Source of the DNA: Epithemia pelagica
Lineage: Eukaryota; Protista; Bacillariophyta
Assembly: GCA_946965045.2 (NCBI GenBank)
Contig: OX337235.1
Location: 2,108,001-2,172,000, forward strand
Direction of reading: 5' to 3'
Length of the DNA stretch: 64,000 nucleotides
The translations under genes were made by a program, and so were the position numbers. Positions 34,288 through 45,607 of the stretch are shown one piece after another. The stretch's first letter is position 1. Each line of letters starts with the position of its first letter. The notes beneath the pieces are model-generated. The model saw only the letters and a list, made by a program, of their open reading frames with translations, had not been told where the DNA came from and searched no databases.

Positions 34288-36255
34288 TTACCGAAGCGTC
34301 GTCATCAAAATCTCCGCTTCTATTTGTGAGGGGACCGGTTGAAAACTCCTCCCAATGTCATTAACGTTCCCCTGGACCTCTCCTGAATTACACAGCAGGA
34401 AACCAGACGACTTATCGTACACATGCATTTGATCTCCATCGATAACCCATCCAGTCTCCAAAAGTCTAGAAACGCCTTCTTCCGTACCCAGAACACCCCA
34501 CGTTCGAACCAGCTCACGCCGTCTTCGCCGTAACGCGCCAACCGCAACAATTGTTATTGTTACGACAACAGTAAAAGAAAATAAGCCAAGACCAATATAT
34601 CTTTGCCAGTCCCACTCGTGAATTTGGAGAGGCTCTAGAGATGATTGGTCTAGTTCTGGTTCTTTCGGACGCCCCTTCTTCGGTGAGAAAACGTTCTCAT
34701 CAAGTTCGCTTGGATCCAAAAGAAAGAACAGAGCACCTACTGCATCCTCGAGAACCTGAAATCCTTTCTCTCGCGCGGAATCCACGATAGCTGATTGTGT
34801 CCTGGACATATCAAGGAGCCCATCTTCATCAACGGGGGCTTGGTTGGGTAGGTACGCTGCAAAATGTATCACATACTTCCACATCCATGCCTTTTCATTG
34901 ATCTTCTTTTCCAGTTTGGACATTGTTTGAACATGATAGATGCAAACGCGATGCCGCATGCATGGGTTTCGAAGGAGGTCTGGGTTAGGATTCCCTATAA
35001 ACGTTGAAGCTTTGCGACGAACGTCCCCACTCGTTTCCATCGAATTGACGTAGGATGACTGATCACTTCCTTCGAGATGAACATGTGAAAATGGGAGGTC
35101 ACTTTGGTTTGCGTACGACTGTCTCTCTTCTTTACCATCAACCTGTCTGGATAGGCTTGTTGTTGCAAGTGTCCTGTCATCACTCGTGTTCCTTATTACC
35201 CCAGTTGTGTTATTTGTTGAAGCAGACGGCTGATTGGAAAAGAACGGTCTATCACGCAAGAGTTCATCCTCATCCGGATTGACAGGAAAAAGTTCACCCC
35301 CTTGATCCTCGTCCGTATCGACAGGGAAAAGTTCACCCCCTTGATCCTCGTCCGTATCGACAGGAAATAGTTCACCCGATTCATCCTCGTCCGGGTCGAC
35401 CGGGAAAAATTCACCCCATTCATCTTCGTCTTCCGTGAAATTGGATCTCGTTGTGTTCACCTTTGGATCAGTGTACATATCTTCAGTTCCGACTACGTCG
35501 TCACAGGGGAATTTGCTCTCATTCACTTTCAACAACAGATTAAACGACTTAATTTCTCGCAAGAGCACTTCTTGCATCTCAGAATCGATTTTGGACACAA
35601 ACTCGGGATTCAGAAACACCAACACATTTTCCAACGTTTCATTCCAAAGACTAGCCAGGAAGAATGTGACTTCCGGGGCAACACTTTGCTCGTTCGGTGC
35701 CAGTCCGACGTAAACAACCACACTGTAACGATTCACCAAGCCAGGAAATGCACCGGGCACCATGGTGCCTTGCGATAGAAACGATTGATAAAACAATAGA
35801 ATATGAAAATGAAATACCCACACCATGAAAACGAGCTCCAGTTAAGAAAATACACTCAAAGTACATGACGACCACCTAGCACGTTTCGTACCTTCTCCAG
35901 GAGAGGGAAGCGAGAAGTTTTGTCGGCACGCCCGTACCCCACCGACAAAGCCCACGCCCTTGGTACAATTCGCTGGATCATGACGCTGGCGAAACTTTTC
36001 GTGGTTGGTGGCAAGCAATGACCGAGTCGGAAACTCTTCGTGACGAGATATCGTTTCTTCCATGGATACAAATCTTTTGCTTTCTGCTGATGTTGGCTTC
36101 GTTTCCATCATTACCACGGTCACTTTGTTCAACAAAAGTCCCATGAGACAGAAGAAAGACCACGCCAAAGGTTTCCATGGTGGCACCCATTGCCCCATAG
36201 AAGCAGTTATTTCTCTTTCCCTGCTGCTAATGCTCGTCGTATGTCGTACCCACAA
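34288..36255 (-). CDS. Single-pass membrane pre-pro-protein, family member B (RSL motif, 13-aa acidic repeats), 2 exons; start uncertain
   Basis: Phase-1 intron 35769-35891. Blocks YSVVVYVGLAP, EWDWQRYIG-TM, WGVLGTEEGV..LL..GW. Four 39-bp repeats at ~35265-35430. Confidence 0.75.
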
Positions 36256-36524
36256 AAAGAGTCAGTAGACTCTCATTCTCTAAGAGATGCTAATGCAACG
36301 CAACATACAATCCAATCATCAGCACTATTCAATCTTGCCAAATCCGGAATCGCGACATCATCGGTCGGCGTCAGTATCCGCGCTCAAGGCTTCTCGCCGG
36401 GCGCGAGCGCACGCCAGTCACTTCTGTGCCATCTTTTGCATTGCATGGATGATGTTCTTGTTCTTGTTTGTTGATTCAGTGTTATTGAAATAAAGCCTCT
36501 GAAACAACCATAGATTGGTGTGCG

Positions 36525-37295
36525 ATGAAAGCCAAAGACTTGAAAGTGCTTCGCAAGAAGATTGAGAAAGCGGACCGGCTCGAAGATCCTTTGTCGAGTC
36601 TCGCTGGGCGTCAATACTGCAACTATCTTCTGGAGAAGTCCAATGTTGGCAGCAGCAGCAGCACCTCTGGACTATTTCATCTAGAGCCAACGGCTCCGAA
36701 GGAAGTCGAAAATGACGGAATTCAAGGCTCGGCACGTGATTCTGAATCTTCTCCCTTTGTTCTGAATTGGTTTAAGACTTGGCATGCTGTTCAGCCAGCG
36801 CATTTATTTCATCAAATGATGGATTTGTTCCAGCAAAACATGGGAGCGAAGTACAAACAGAGTTCCTGGGGTCTCAACTTGGACGACAAGAAGGAAGAAC
36901 TGCAGCATCGTAAGGCCCGCTTCCTCGTAGTCACAACGTCAGAAAGTCGACCTGATGGAGATTCAACCACACCGTCATTGGTCGCCTTTTGTCATTATCG
37001 CTTCGACTACGATGATGATCAATCGCCTTCGTGTGTCGCGCTGTATCTATATGAAATCCAAGTGTCTCAAAAGTTTCAATCAATGGGAATTGGTCGCTGT
37101 CTTATGGACCTTTTGTCTGTGATTGCGAAACAAGCCTCCATGCAAAAAATCATGCTCACTGTGTTCCGAGCCAATCAACAAGCCACTGCGTTTTATCGCA
37201 GTCTTGAATATCGGATTGATGAAATAAGTCCTACAGAGGAAGACAACGAGGATTACGAAATACTCTGCAAGACAGTCGAATTGACCCCCGTGTGA
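36525..37295 (+). CDS. NAA40: N-alpha-acetyltransferase 40 (NatD)-like GNAT
   Basis: WGLNLDDKKEEL...ARFL, YRFDYDD, LYLYEIQV...Q..GIG, KIMLTVF..N..A.AFY. Confidence 0.85.
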   Translation: MKAKDLKVLRKKIEKADRLEDPLSSLAGRQYCNYLLEKSNVGSSSSTSGLFHLEPTAPKEVENDGIQGSARDSESSPFVLNWFKTWHAVQPAHLFHQMMDLFQQNMGAKYKQSSWGLNLDDKKEELQHRKARFLVVTTSESRPDGDSTTPSLVAFCHYRFDYDDDQSPSCVALYLYEIQVSQKFQSMGIGRCLMDLLSVIAKQASMQKIMLTVFRANQQATAFYRSLEYRIDEISPTEEDNEDYEILCKTVELTPV

Positions 37296-37893
37296 CGACA
37301 CCAAGCAAGCATCTTGAGTCCTCATAGCCTCTCCAGCTGCACCTCATATGTTTGACCGGAATCGCGCTTCAGACATGAATGATGCGTAAGGACAAGTCAG
37401 GCATGCGTTCTCGTTGATGCTCAAGCGAATCGATTCCGGGGATTGCCGAAAAGGGACTTACTGGACAACGATTGCAGACGAAGTATTGGTTTGAATCATA
37501 CGACTTATGGCCGAGTGGACCGCATTCTTCCCAAATCGGTATTACTTTCTAGGAACTCAACTAGGTAATTAATGGGAGAAAACTTACCGTCTGTAATGAA
37601 TAATGAAGCTTTACCTAAGCTCCATAGAGGAGTTGATCCCTTGCTATTATGAATATCAATACACTATGTAAAACCTTACAATAGAGGGATTTAGATACCT
37701 CCGCCGGGACCCAGACGAATTTGTCGACATGGGACTGGGATTGTACAAACACTATAAACAGAAAAGTACAGAAGACAGAGAACAAATATTTTGGTCGCTT
37801 GGATGCTTGACAGCCGACCCAAGATACAAACAGGAAGCCATGACGACACTGCAGAGAGTCGTCAGGACGACGGCACATTCAAGTGTTTCTTTC

Positions 37894-39373
37894 ATGCGTA
37901 TTCTTGTTGCTTGGGTATTCCTGGGCGTTGTGAGCGCACGCAAATGTGGCACATCCATTACGAAGGAATGTATCGGTACTTTTGACAAGAGGTACAACCC
38001 CCAATACGGCACAGACTTGGCAAACCAGTCATTAGTGTGGGAGAAGGTTGAAGGCTTGTATAGTGGATTCTTTCATACCTATGATCCTCAGTCGTTTCAG
38101 AGAATCCTCGAGACGGAGTTAGTCGAAGATTTCACTGGAACAAACAGCTACAGGTATGTACCGAAGTTCTGTGCTCACACAAGCTGTAACTTTCATTTGT
38201 GTCAACTAACTTTTATTTGTTTCTACATCGATACGACCTAGGCTCTCTCCAGGTCAATTTTTCGTTAACATCACAGTTAACGATACACGAGTATATCGTC
38301 AAACTTACACCGTTCAACAAGGAGGATTCGATGGTAGTCGTCTTGGCCGCGCATTTTATTGCGACTCGTGGGGCGCCGCGACCTTCGAGAAAGATGGACT
38401 GGCGACTAATTTGAAGACAAATTGTACCAATTCGGACGATGGTGAGGCTTTGATGGAAGGAGGATCCTTTACATACCCAGTAGATGAGTATGGGCTGGCA
38501 TTCATTGAGCGGTTTCGGTGGCCCCAGAATTCTCCGGTCACACAAGATATCTTTTCTTTCACCTGCGCAATGGAGACATGTCAGACCCTTTCATACGTTC
38601 ATGAGCGATATTTTGATGGTGTTAGAACTATTTATGAACATGGAGAGCTTCAGGCTGTGTCCGAAGAAGAATTTCAAAATGACATATCAAATGCTTATGA
38701 TTCTAATTCTGTCGCTGAACGTGACCGAGTTTTACTCCCTTTGGAGAGTAATTGTTTGGTGGCAGAATTTTATGGGTCCAATCTTGATTCTTGCAACTTG
38801 TTTGAACAGGAGAACTTCTGTCAGGACAGGAGTACCTTTCCACATTGCCCTCGATCAAAAAGCCCTTATCAAGAACCCGACGGCGAGGTCAGGCCGGGTG
38901 TGATTGTGGCATTTGTGCTTGCAAGCATCGTATTCATATTGGGTTTTGCTTTTATTGTTTGGGTTCTGCTCAACAGGGCTCAATTAAAGCGTTCTCGAGA
39001 ATTCTTTGCTTTGCGCATGATGGAAACTATGGAAACAACTGACAAGTCTGTATTGGAATTCACACCAGAAGAAATGCTGAAGGAGTTTAAACTCTTGGAG
39101 GAAAAAACAAAAGGCGTGATAACTAAGGACACAATGTATGATTTCCTCAGTGGTGGCCCTCGAGGATATATGGACTACTGGGATTTTCTGGTTTTATGGA
39201 AGGAAATGAACATGAAGATGAACAGCACCCTGGACTTTCTCGAGTTTTGCTCTTTCATGGCACATAGTCATAAAGACTTAGAAGAAGCTAAGTCCGTGTT
39301 GGGCCGTAACGAAGAAGAAAAGAAAGGTGAACAAAGCGCTCTCGTTGAAGATGCTGATGTTAGCGCAATTTAA
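37894..39373 (+). CDS. Type I membrane protein with signal peptide, Cys-containing ectodomain, TM and degenerate cytoplasmic EF-hand pair, 2 exons
   Basis: MRILVAWVFLGVVSA signal peptide. Intron 38154-38241 gives a continuous frame (SY R|LSPGQFF...DSWGAATFEKDG...). TM VIVAFVLASIVFILGFAFIVWV; tail EFKLLEEKTKGVIT and MNMKMNSTLDFLEFCSFM. Confidence 0.7.
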
Positions 39374-40011
39374 TTGAGGATTGCATAGTGGGATGAGAAT
39401 TGGTGAGAGTAAACTCATATATATAAGTCTGAATGGATATGTTTTCATGTTGAACAGGGAGTGGGTGGAAATACCTTACGACTCAGTGAATTCAGATATT
39501 GTATTAGCAGGAACGCCTGGAACTTATCTACCGAAACAGTTACAAAGCTCCCGAAACACTACAGTTGCCTCTCGGTCTCAATCTCAAATCCCGCCATAAA
39601 CCATCAACGTGTGCACTAGTGGTTCCAGTGTTGCGTGGAATAATTTACGCAGTTGGTGTTATGACCTTTTAAGGAAAGACTGTTTATTCCGGATCTCGAC
39701 AAAACCAGTTCTGAGGCAGATCAACGTCAACGTCTTGAAAAGGGCAAGAATACCGGCAAACCTTTTCGAACCAGATAGCAGCGAGCAAGGTACCCATAAT
39801 GATGAAAGAACGCATCGATCGACATATTCACAACCCAGATTTTTACAGAGAGCTAACATTCCGAATGAACATGGAAACGGGACCTTGTTCCTTGTTGCCT
39901 CTGGTAGGGGTAACAAACGAGACCATGGGCACCACCTGTTGCCCTGAAGGGCGCGAATGCAGCCAGTAACGAAGTATTGCAGAATGGAAGAAAGCCTGAA
40001 GTACGAGGGTA

Positions 40012-41304
40012 TCAAATTGGACTTGCGTCCGAAAGCCGCGATTTGCAGAAATTCTCATGCTGCAGCTTTGCCCTATCCTCACGAAAATTCTTTCCACAAA
40101 AACCGCATTGATATAACGACAACTCAGACACACTTTCTGGAGCAAAAAGAGTGAGGTGCTCCGCCACTGAAGTCGAAGAGTCGAGAGAAGCACCACAAAT
40201 TGAACAGGCACATGAGCCACCGGGTTGGATTTTCTGATTGGAAGCAGGCACACAGGTAGGCTTTTCTTGCTCGGACCACCAGTCGGGGTGAATCTTTCGA
40301 TGCAGGGCGGCATGTGTCGCATTTCTGTGATCATTCAAGGCTGTAATGCTTTCAAATTTTCTTGGACAGTCTGGACATTGAAAATTCTCCTTGAGGACTT
40401 CGTTTTCAATCTCCCCACCACTGTGTTTGGAGAGCGCATGGTTTTTCAATGATCTCCTTTCTGCAAAGGTTTTGTTGCAGATTTTACAAACATATTGTGT
40501 ATTGTTCAGCGGTGTGGTTCGAAGTCGCTTTTTTGGGTTTGCACACCAGAAGGGTCTGATGATTCCTTCTTGTTTGTGAAAGTCTCTTTCTTTAACGTCG
40601 CAGAATGTGAAGATTTCGGATCTGCCAGGAAACGATTTTCCTGTTTGGTGTCGACGCTGCTGATAGTATGGCTTCCACTCATGTTGTCGCTCACCTGGTA
40701 CTTCAAACGGACATCGATTCAACAACGAAAACCCACATTTCTCCGCCGCCTCGAGCCCGCGCCATCTTTCCCATTGTCCTGCGGCCAAGGTCAAGAAGAA
40801 AGCACCTTTCTTCACCATCCAGCGATTTCGGACAGAATGAAACAAATGAGAGAGGAACTGGGAATGTCGACGCGCATCCTCTATACCCAAATGAGGATGA
40901 TTGAAGATGACATACGTCGCCGCTTCTGGAGAGTTTAGTCCTGGCGGATCATCTTCGTTGAGCGGCGAAATTGCGTTAACACCATGCTTCACCGATATGT
41001 CCAAGTTGCTCCTTTTCCTTTTCGTTTTTTGGGTAAGCTGTAACATATTGTTTATGAGAAAGACGGAATCTTTATACTTTTCTTTCACTTCTTCCGCCGT
41101 ATCAAAGCCAGTTGCTGTCAGTTTGTTCACGGAAAAAGAGTTTTGGAATGCCGTATTAGCTTGTGCCACTCCTCCAACGTCAAGGAACAAAAAGCGAGCA
41201 AGGTCGTAAGCAAAAGAAAAGTCAGCCTCTCCAAGGAGGAGCACCGAACTGCAGTCCGTTGGAGCAGAACATGGTCCGTCGATGTTGTTGTCGCCGATGC
41301 TCAT
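40012..41304 (-). CDS. DUF2431/BMT5-like rRNA (uridine-N3) methyltransferase-like domain followed by C2H2 zinc fingers
   Basis: LLLGEADFSFA, TATGFDT, HGVNA, IFNHPHLG; four C-x2-C...H fingers in the C-terminal half. Confidence 0.75.
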   Translation of the reverse strand: MSIGDNNIDGPCSAPTDCSSVLLLGEADFSFAYDLARFLFLDVGGVAQANTAFQNSFSVNKLTATGFDTAEEVKEKYKDSVFLINNMLQLTQKTKRKRSNLDISVKHGVNAISPLNEDDPPGLNSPEAATYVIFNHPHLGIEDARRHSQFLSHLFHSVRNRWMVKKGAFFLTLAAGQWERWRGLEAAEKCGFSLLNRCPFEVPGERQHEWKPYYQQRRHQTGKSFPGRSEIFTFCDVKERDFHKQEGIIRPFWCANPKKRLRTTPLNNTQYVCKICNKTFAERRSLKNHALSKHSGGEIENEVLKENFQCPDCPRKFESITALNDHRNATHAALHRKIHPDWWSEQEKPTCVPASNQKIQPGGSCACSICGASLDSSTSVAEHLTLFAPESVSELSLYQCGFCGKNFREDRAKLQHENFCKSRLSDASPI

Positions 41305-41313
41305 TCGATATTG

Positions 41314-42540
41314 TTTTATTTTATTTTTCTAGTGGTGTGTGTGTGCTGCTAAGCGGCGGGGCCGCCTATCTGGTGGGGTTGGTGGTGGGAAGGGAAGAAA
41401 TTCGCTAGTGAGAATGGAGTGTAGAGGGTGGGGAGTGGGGCGAAGCCCATTCTTTCCAGTCTGGCCCTCTGGGTTTTTTGGATACGGCTATTGTATTCAG
41501 TTGCTCGAAGTGTGGAAATTTGTTTGTTCAGATGTGTGGCGAGAGAGGAAACGATTGCGTGTGAGAGAGAGGCCCTCGCAAAATGACCAATAGAGTTGAT
41601 GTGCGCTTCTGAAAATGAAAAGCCGGGAGTGTTGTTGTTGGCTTTGGCGGCGAGATTGCCCGGGAGGGTTTGTACTTGTTCGTACAAAGCAAAGGCGGCT
41701 GGATGGGTTTTGGATCTTGTTCGGTTGCGTCCGAAGTGGGTGTCAGGCCATGAAGGAGGGACGGCTGAGGAGAATGGGTGTGGTATATCATCTTGATGGA
41801 AGAGGAAGGATTGTGCAAGTGAACCCATGGAGCCCAAATGATCGATGGTAAATGGAAGAAGATATACACCGTTGCGGAGGAGGTGCGAAGCGGTGTCGTC
41901 ATCTCTACAGAACTTGGAGCGCGCTGATTCCTGATGCGGCCTTGAAGCGGCGGAGGCAAGGGCGTTGTGGTCGGCCGGGTCGGGAATGGGCGTTCGTGTC
42001 GGTGGAGGGGGAATGGTCACGTCGAGAGCTACATATTGGAAGGGCTCGTTCTTGTGTGGTTGTCGCAACAATAAACCAACGTCCGCGGGCCGAATGTTGC
42101 GTGAGTGCTGGGGAGCCAGACCAGGCGGCTCGATGTGGACGTCTCGGTGGTCTTCGACGATTCCGGCCTGTGGGGCCAAATGTTGGAGCACGTCAAAGAC
42201 GGCGTCGCGGATGGTGTTAGACAGGGCGGTTTTGTGGGCGGCTGCGCACGAAAAGAAGTGGTCGCCTTCTGGGTCCAACTTGGGGGCGGCCGGGCATGTG
42301 CACTTGTGTCGACGGAGGGAAGTGGGTATGACTGGTAGACGGAGTTTGCGCTTGAGTGCCGTGGAGAAGGTGGCGTTGTCCAGGCGAAAAACTTTGGCGG
42401 TTCTTGGGAGGTGTAGCGCCAAGCTCGTGAGGGGAGAAAGGGCCGAGGGGATGGAGGAGCGTAATTCTGGTGGCGTGGCCGCGATCAAGGCCGGGACGGT
42501 GTGTTCTACCATTTTTCTTAAATCATTTTGACTTGGAGGG
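41314..42540 (-). mobile_element. 5'-truncated CRE-group retroelement (CCHC + endonuclease region), divergent from the full-length copy, reading frame intact
   Basis: ORF 41349-42578: TALKRKLRLP...CTC...DHFFSC...HIEPPGLAPQHSRNIRPADVGLLLR...VALDVTIPPP...SKFCRD. A-rich tail ends at 41314. Confidence 0.88.
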
Positions 42541-42807
42541 AAAACCGTCGAACGTCCAAAATCCAAAATCTCTTCCAAAAATGTTGTCTGTAATGCAAGA
42601 AATATGGCCCGCAGTATTCACACCGGCCGGCAGGACTGCCCGCTCGGGAATGCACTTCGCAATAAATAATACTTTGAAGTCGGTCTTGCTCGCGAGTCCG
42701 TCATCTCCCGCATACCGACGCGCAGAGAACCAAGGAGGAACAATCCAATCCATGTGAATTGTCAACAATAGAGCTTCAATATACTCGTAACCCAAGACGT
42801 CCGGCAT

Positions 42808-45048
42808 TTGCAACACGAAGACGATAGGATGAATAGATTGTCGTTGGCTGCGTCATTGTTCATATGTTACATTGTGGTATGTTCCGTTTCCAGTCTGCAA
42901 CCATTACGCGTTGAAGCTCCGATTGATTTGGAGAAAGTCACTGACCGGTTGCCACGCCAAGCCTATGCTGGACGCAAAAAGAGCTGTATCTTCATGTCGA
43001 AAGAGGACAAACAAGAGCCCTTCTTTGCACAAACACAACAGCAGGAAAGAAGGGAACCCGTGGAAATTAGAGAAAAAGTGGAAAACAGAGAAACTGTGGA
43101 TACCACGTACGAAGAGGAAGCTTTGTCAGATGTTGACACACGTGTTCTGAGAGAAATGTTGCAGGATTCCAAGCTTGATCTAGAAACGGAGGAGGATGTT
43201 CGTAAACTTTTGGAACGAGGTACAAGGAAAACAGCGGTTTCATCTGACAATTTCGACACGTCGAATGAAGACTCTGAGTATGACTCGAAAGTCCTTCAGA
43301 AGCTCTCAGATACAAAGCTGTGGAAAGCTGTTTCTGCCAAAACATCAGACATTTTCGAATCGGCCAAATTGTGGATCTCCAACAAAGTTGAACGAGATAT
43401 CAAAACCCTGGCTGCACTTGGCATCTTTGCATGGGATCGGGTTGTGCGTGACGTTGCACGTGCGCTTCCAGCTGCTGCCACACTGGAGAAAAAGACATTG
43501 TTTTTGACGAATACCTCATCCTTCGAGGAACAACCCAGACCAACCGCAGAATCACTTCGAAATGAGTTGAATCGGCCTTCTGATGAGATAAAAAGCGTGA
43601 GTCAAGATATATGGGATATCTTGAGTGGAAAGGCAACAGAAGGAACAGAAGGACGAGGTTTGCGTACAGTTGCCAAAGCCGGCACGGCTAATATTGCTGA
43701 CCGCCAACGACGCGCATACCAACAAACAAAGAAGAAGCGCGAAGAAGAGACTGGCGTTAAAGGTATTCGCAAGATACCAGGGGGAATTATTGATGCGACG
43801 TATGAATTACAACGAGAACTGAAATCGGAAACTAGCACAGCAGGATACAAAACCAAGCCGATCAGAAAAGCTATTGAGGCTGGTGTGGTAGGAACCGGAA
43901 AATACTTACAGGGGATCCAAGATGCGGCGCGGCTCGCGGCTGCTGAGAGAAAGGCTAAACGATTAGAGGCGACTACGAGTGCTTCAGTCCCAACTGACCG
44001 TGATAACACTCCAACTGGCGGAATTGAAGACATTGAAGAGGTAGCACCTGAAATCTCGGAGCTCGAAGATCCAACGGCATCACCGTCTTCATTTGAAAGC
44101 AAGAAGGAGGAACTTCTTGTTGAACTCAGGAATGAACGCATTGCAATGCTAGAACGGCTACTATCTTGCATCCGTCATCCAGAATCCACCTGGTTACAAT
44201 CACAGTTCTTGACAGATGAAGCAAGAGCTCTGAGTCAAGATTCTCTTCGAGAAGTTGCCACATTAATCATCTTGTTGAAAGACGAACTTTCAGAACAAAC
44301 AATAGTTCTTGAAGAAAGCACGCTTGAATCATTAGTTGGACAGTTACGGACTGACCTACGATTTGTGGAAGAGGTGAGGGACACTGTTGTGGATACAGTT
44401 TCCGAATTGATTGGAAACACGCTCTTCGACATTGTTGTTGGAAGCTACGATGCAGAGGAACATGAGATTCCGATTTTGTTGCGACTAGACGAAATCGACG
44501 ACATTTTTTTGAATCCGATCAATAGTTCCTCGCCCACTTCGGAAGCGGTTCCTGAACCACCCGAATCCGAAGTTTGGCGCAACGCCGACGTCATTGATAC
44601 TGAAGACTTAGCCACAGCGAAAGAAGCTGAAGTTGTTGTATCCCCTACTGTTGTGGATGTCGTTACCGAATCTGTTGTGACAGATGATATTTTTGTCGAA
44701 ACTGAAGGTGAAGCTGTTGTCGGTGAAGTTATTTCTGATTCGGTCGTAGTTCCAGAACTTGTCTCGGACGATGCATTTGAAGAAGCAGTTGGAGTAAGAC
44801 AGGTTGAGTCCATAGATATGGAAGAAGACGAGGTCGAAGCAGAGAGACCGTTTATATTAACAGCGGTGCTTCGTTCTCTCGACGTGGCATTTTTTGTTTT
44901 GGAAAAGATTTTCATTGTTGCTATTCCTCGATCTGCTTCGTTTGCATCAACTGCTGCAAGTCGCATTAATGAGGTAAATCAAGGCGGAAAGGGCAAGAAA
45001 GGATGGGAAAGCATACGAAACACAGCAGATCCTAAAGGGCGTTATTGA
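42808..45048 (+). CDS. Hypothetical acidic, helix-rich protein with N-terminal signal peptide (likely ATG 42829)
   Basis: 746-codon ORF with hydrophobic N-terminus MNRLSLAASLFICYIVVCSVSS. No domain recognised. Confidence 0.7.
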   Translation: MQHEDDRMNRLSLAASLFICYIVVCSVSSLQPLRVEAPIDLEKVTDRLPRQAYAGRKKSCIFMSKEDKQEPFFAQTQQQERREPVEIREKVENRETVDTTYEEEALSDVDTRVLREMLQDSKLDLETEEDVRKLLERGTRKTAVSSDNFDTSNEDSEYDSKVLQKLSDTKLWKAVSAKTSDIFESAKLWISNKVERDIKTLAALGIFAWDRVVRDVARALPAAATLEKKTLFLTNTSSFEEQPRPTAESLRNELNRPSDEIKSVSQDIWDILSGKATEGTEGRGLRTVAKAGTANIADRQRRAYQQTKKKREEETGVKGIRKIPGGIIDATYELQRELKSETSTAGYKTKPIRKAIEAGVVGTGKYLQGIQDAARLAAAERKAKRLEATTSASVPTDRDNTPTGGIEDIEEVAPEISELEDPTASPSSFESKKEELLVELRNERIAMLERLLSCIRHPESTWLQSQFLTDEARALSQDSLREVATLIILLKDELSEQTIVLEESTLESLVGQLRTDLRFVEEVRDTVVDTVSELIGNTLFDIVVGSYDAEEHEIPILLRLDEIDDIFLNPINSSSPTSEAVPEPPESEVWRNADVIDTEDLATAKEAEVVVSPTVVDVVTESVVTDDIFVETEGEAVVGEVISDSVVVPELVSDDAFEEAVGVRQVESIDMEEDEVEAERPFILTAVLRSLDVAFFVLEKIFIVAIPRSASFASTAASRINEVNQGGKGKKGWESIRNTADPKGRY

Positions 45049-45607
45049 TTCCCGCGATTTAATCTGATCTCGAGGGCATGCATGTAATTGTGTGCATCCT
45101 GACTCGGGGGCTACCAAGAAAGGCAAAGATGGGCGAAAGCCAAGATCCTTATCTTTGTCTAGTCATTCGAGGTGAGTGCAACTTCAACCATAAAAGTTGC
45201 TGACAAACTTGACAAGACCGGCAAATAAGAGCACCACTGGGGTAGTTCAAGTTTCGAGGCTACCTGCTTAATCCGCGTTTTGTACGAATATCATGCTCAT
45301 TGTTTCTACTCCTAGAACCTACTCCTACATGATTTGAGTGTTGAAGGTCGTGTGTTACTCTACACCCAGAAGGAAAGGCTAGGTGCTCCAGTCATTTTCT
45401 GCTTTTGTGGTAGCAAGCAGAGCAATTGACGTGGTCAGTGAGCTTTTGGGCGACCACAACCTCCGGACCATGGACGAAGTACGTACGCCTCTGTGATGGC
45501 GTGTTGGTATTGGTGCACTTGTGGGCTCAATTGTTGCCGTGTCAAAAGGTCAGATTCGCTCGTTTTCGTGTGGACGCGTTGTTGCCATCAATTCGAACGG
45601 TTTTACC

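Noticed and set aside
39381-40010. Short ORFs between the EF-hand membrane gene and the DUF2431 gene
   Set aside because: No motifs; consistent with the convergent 3' UTRs of the flanking genes.
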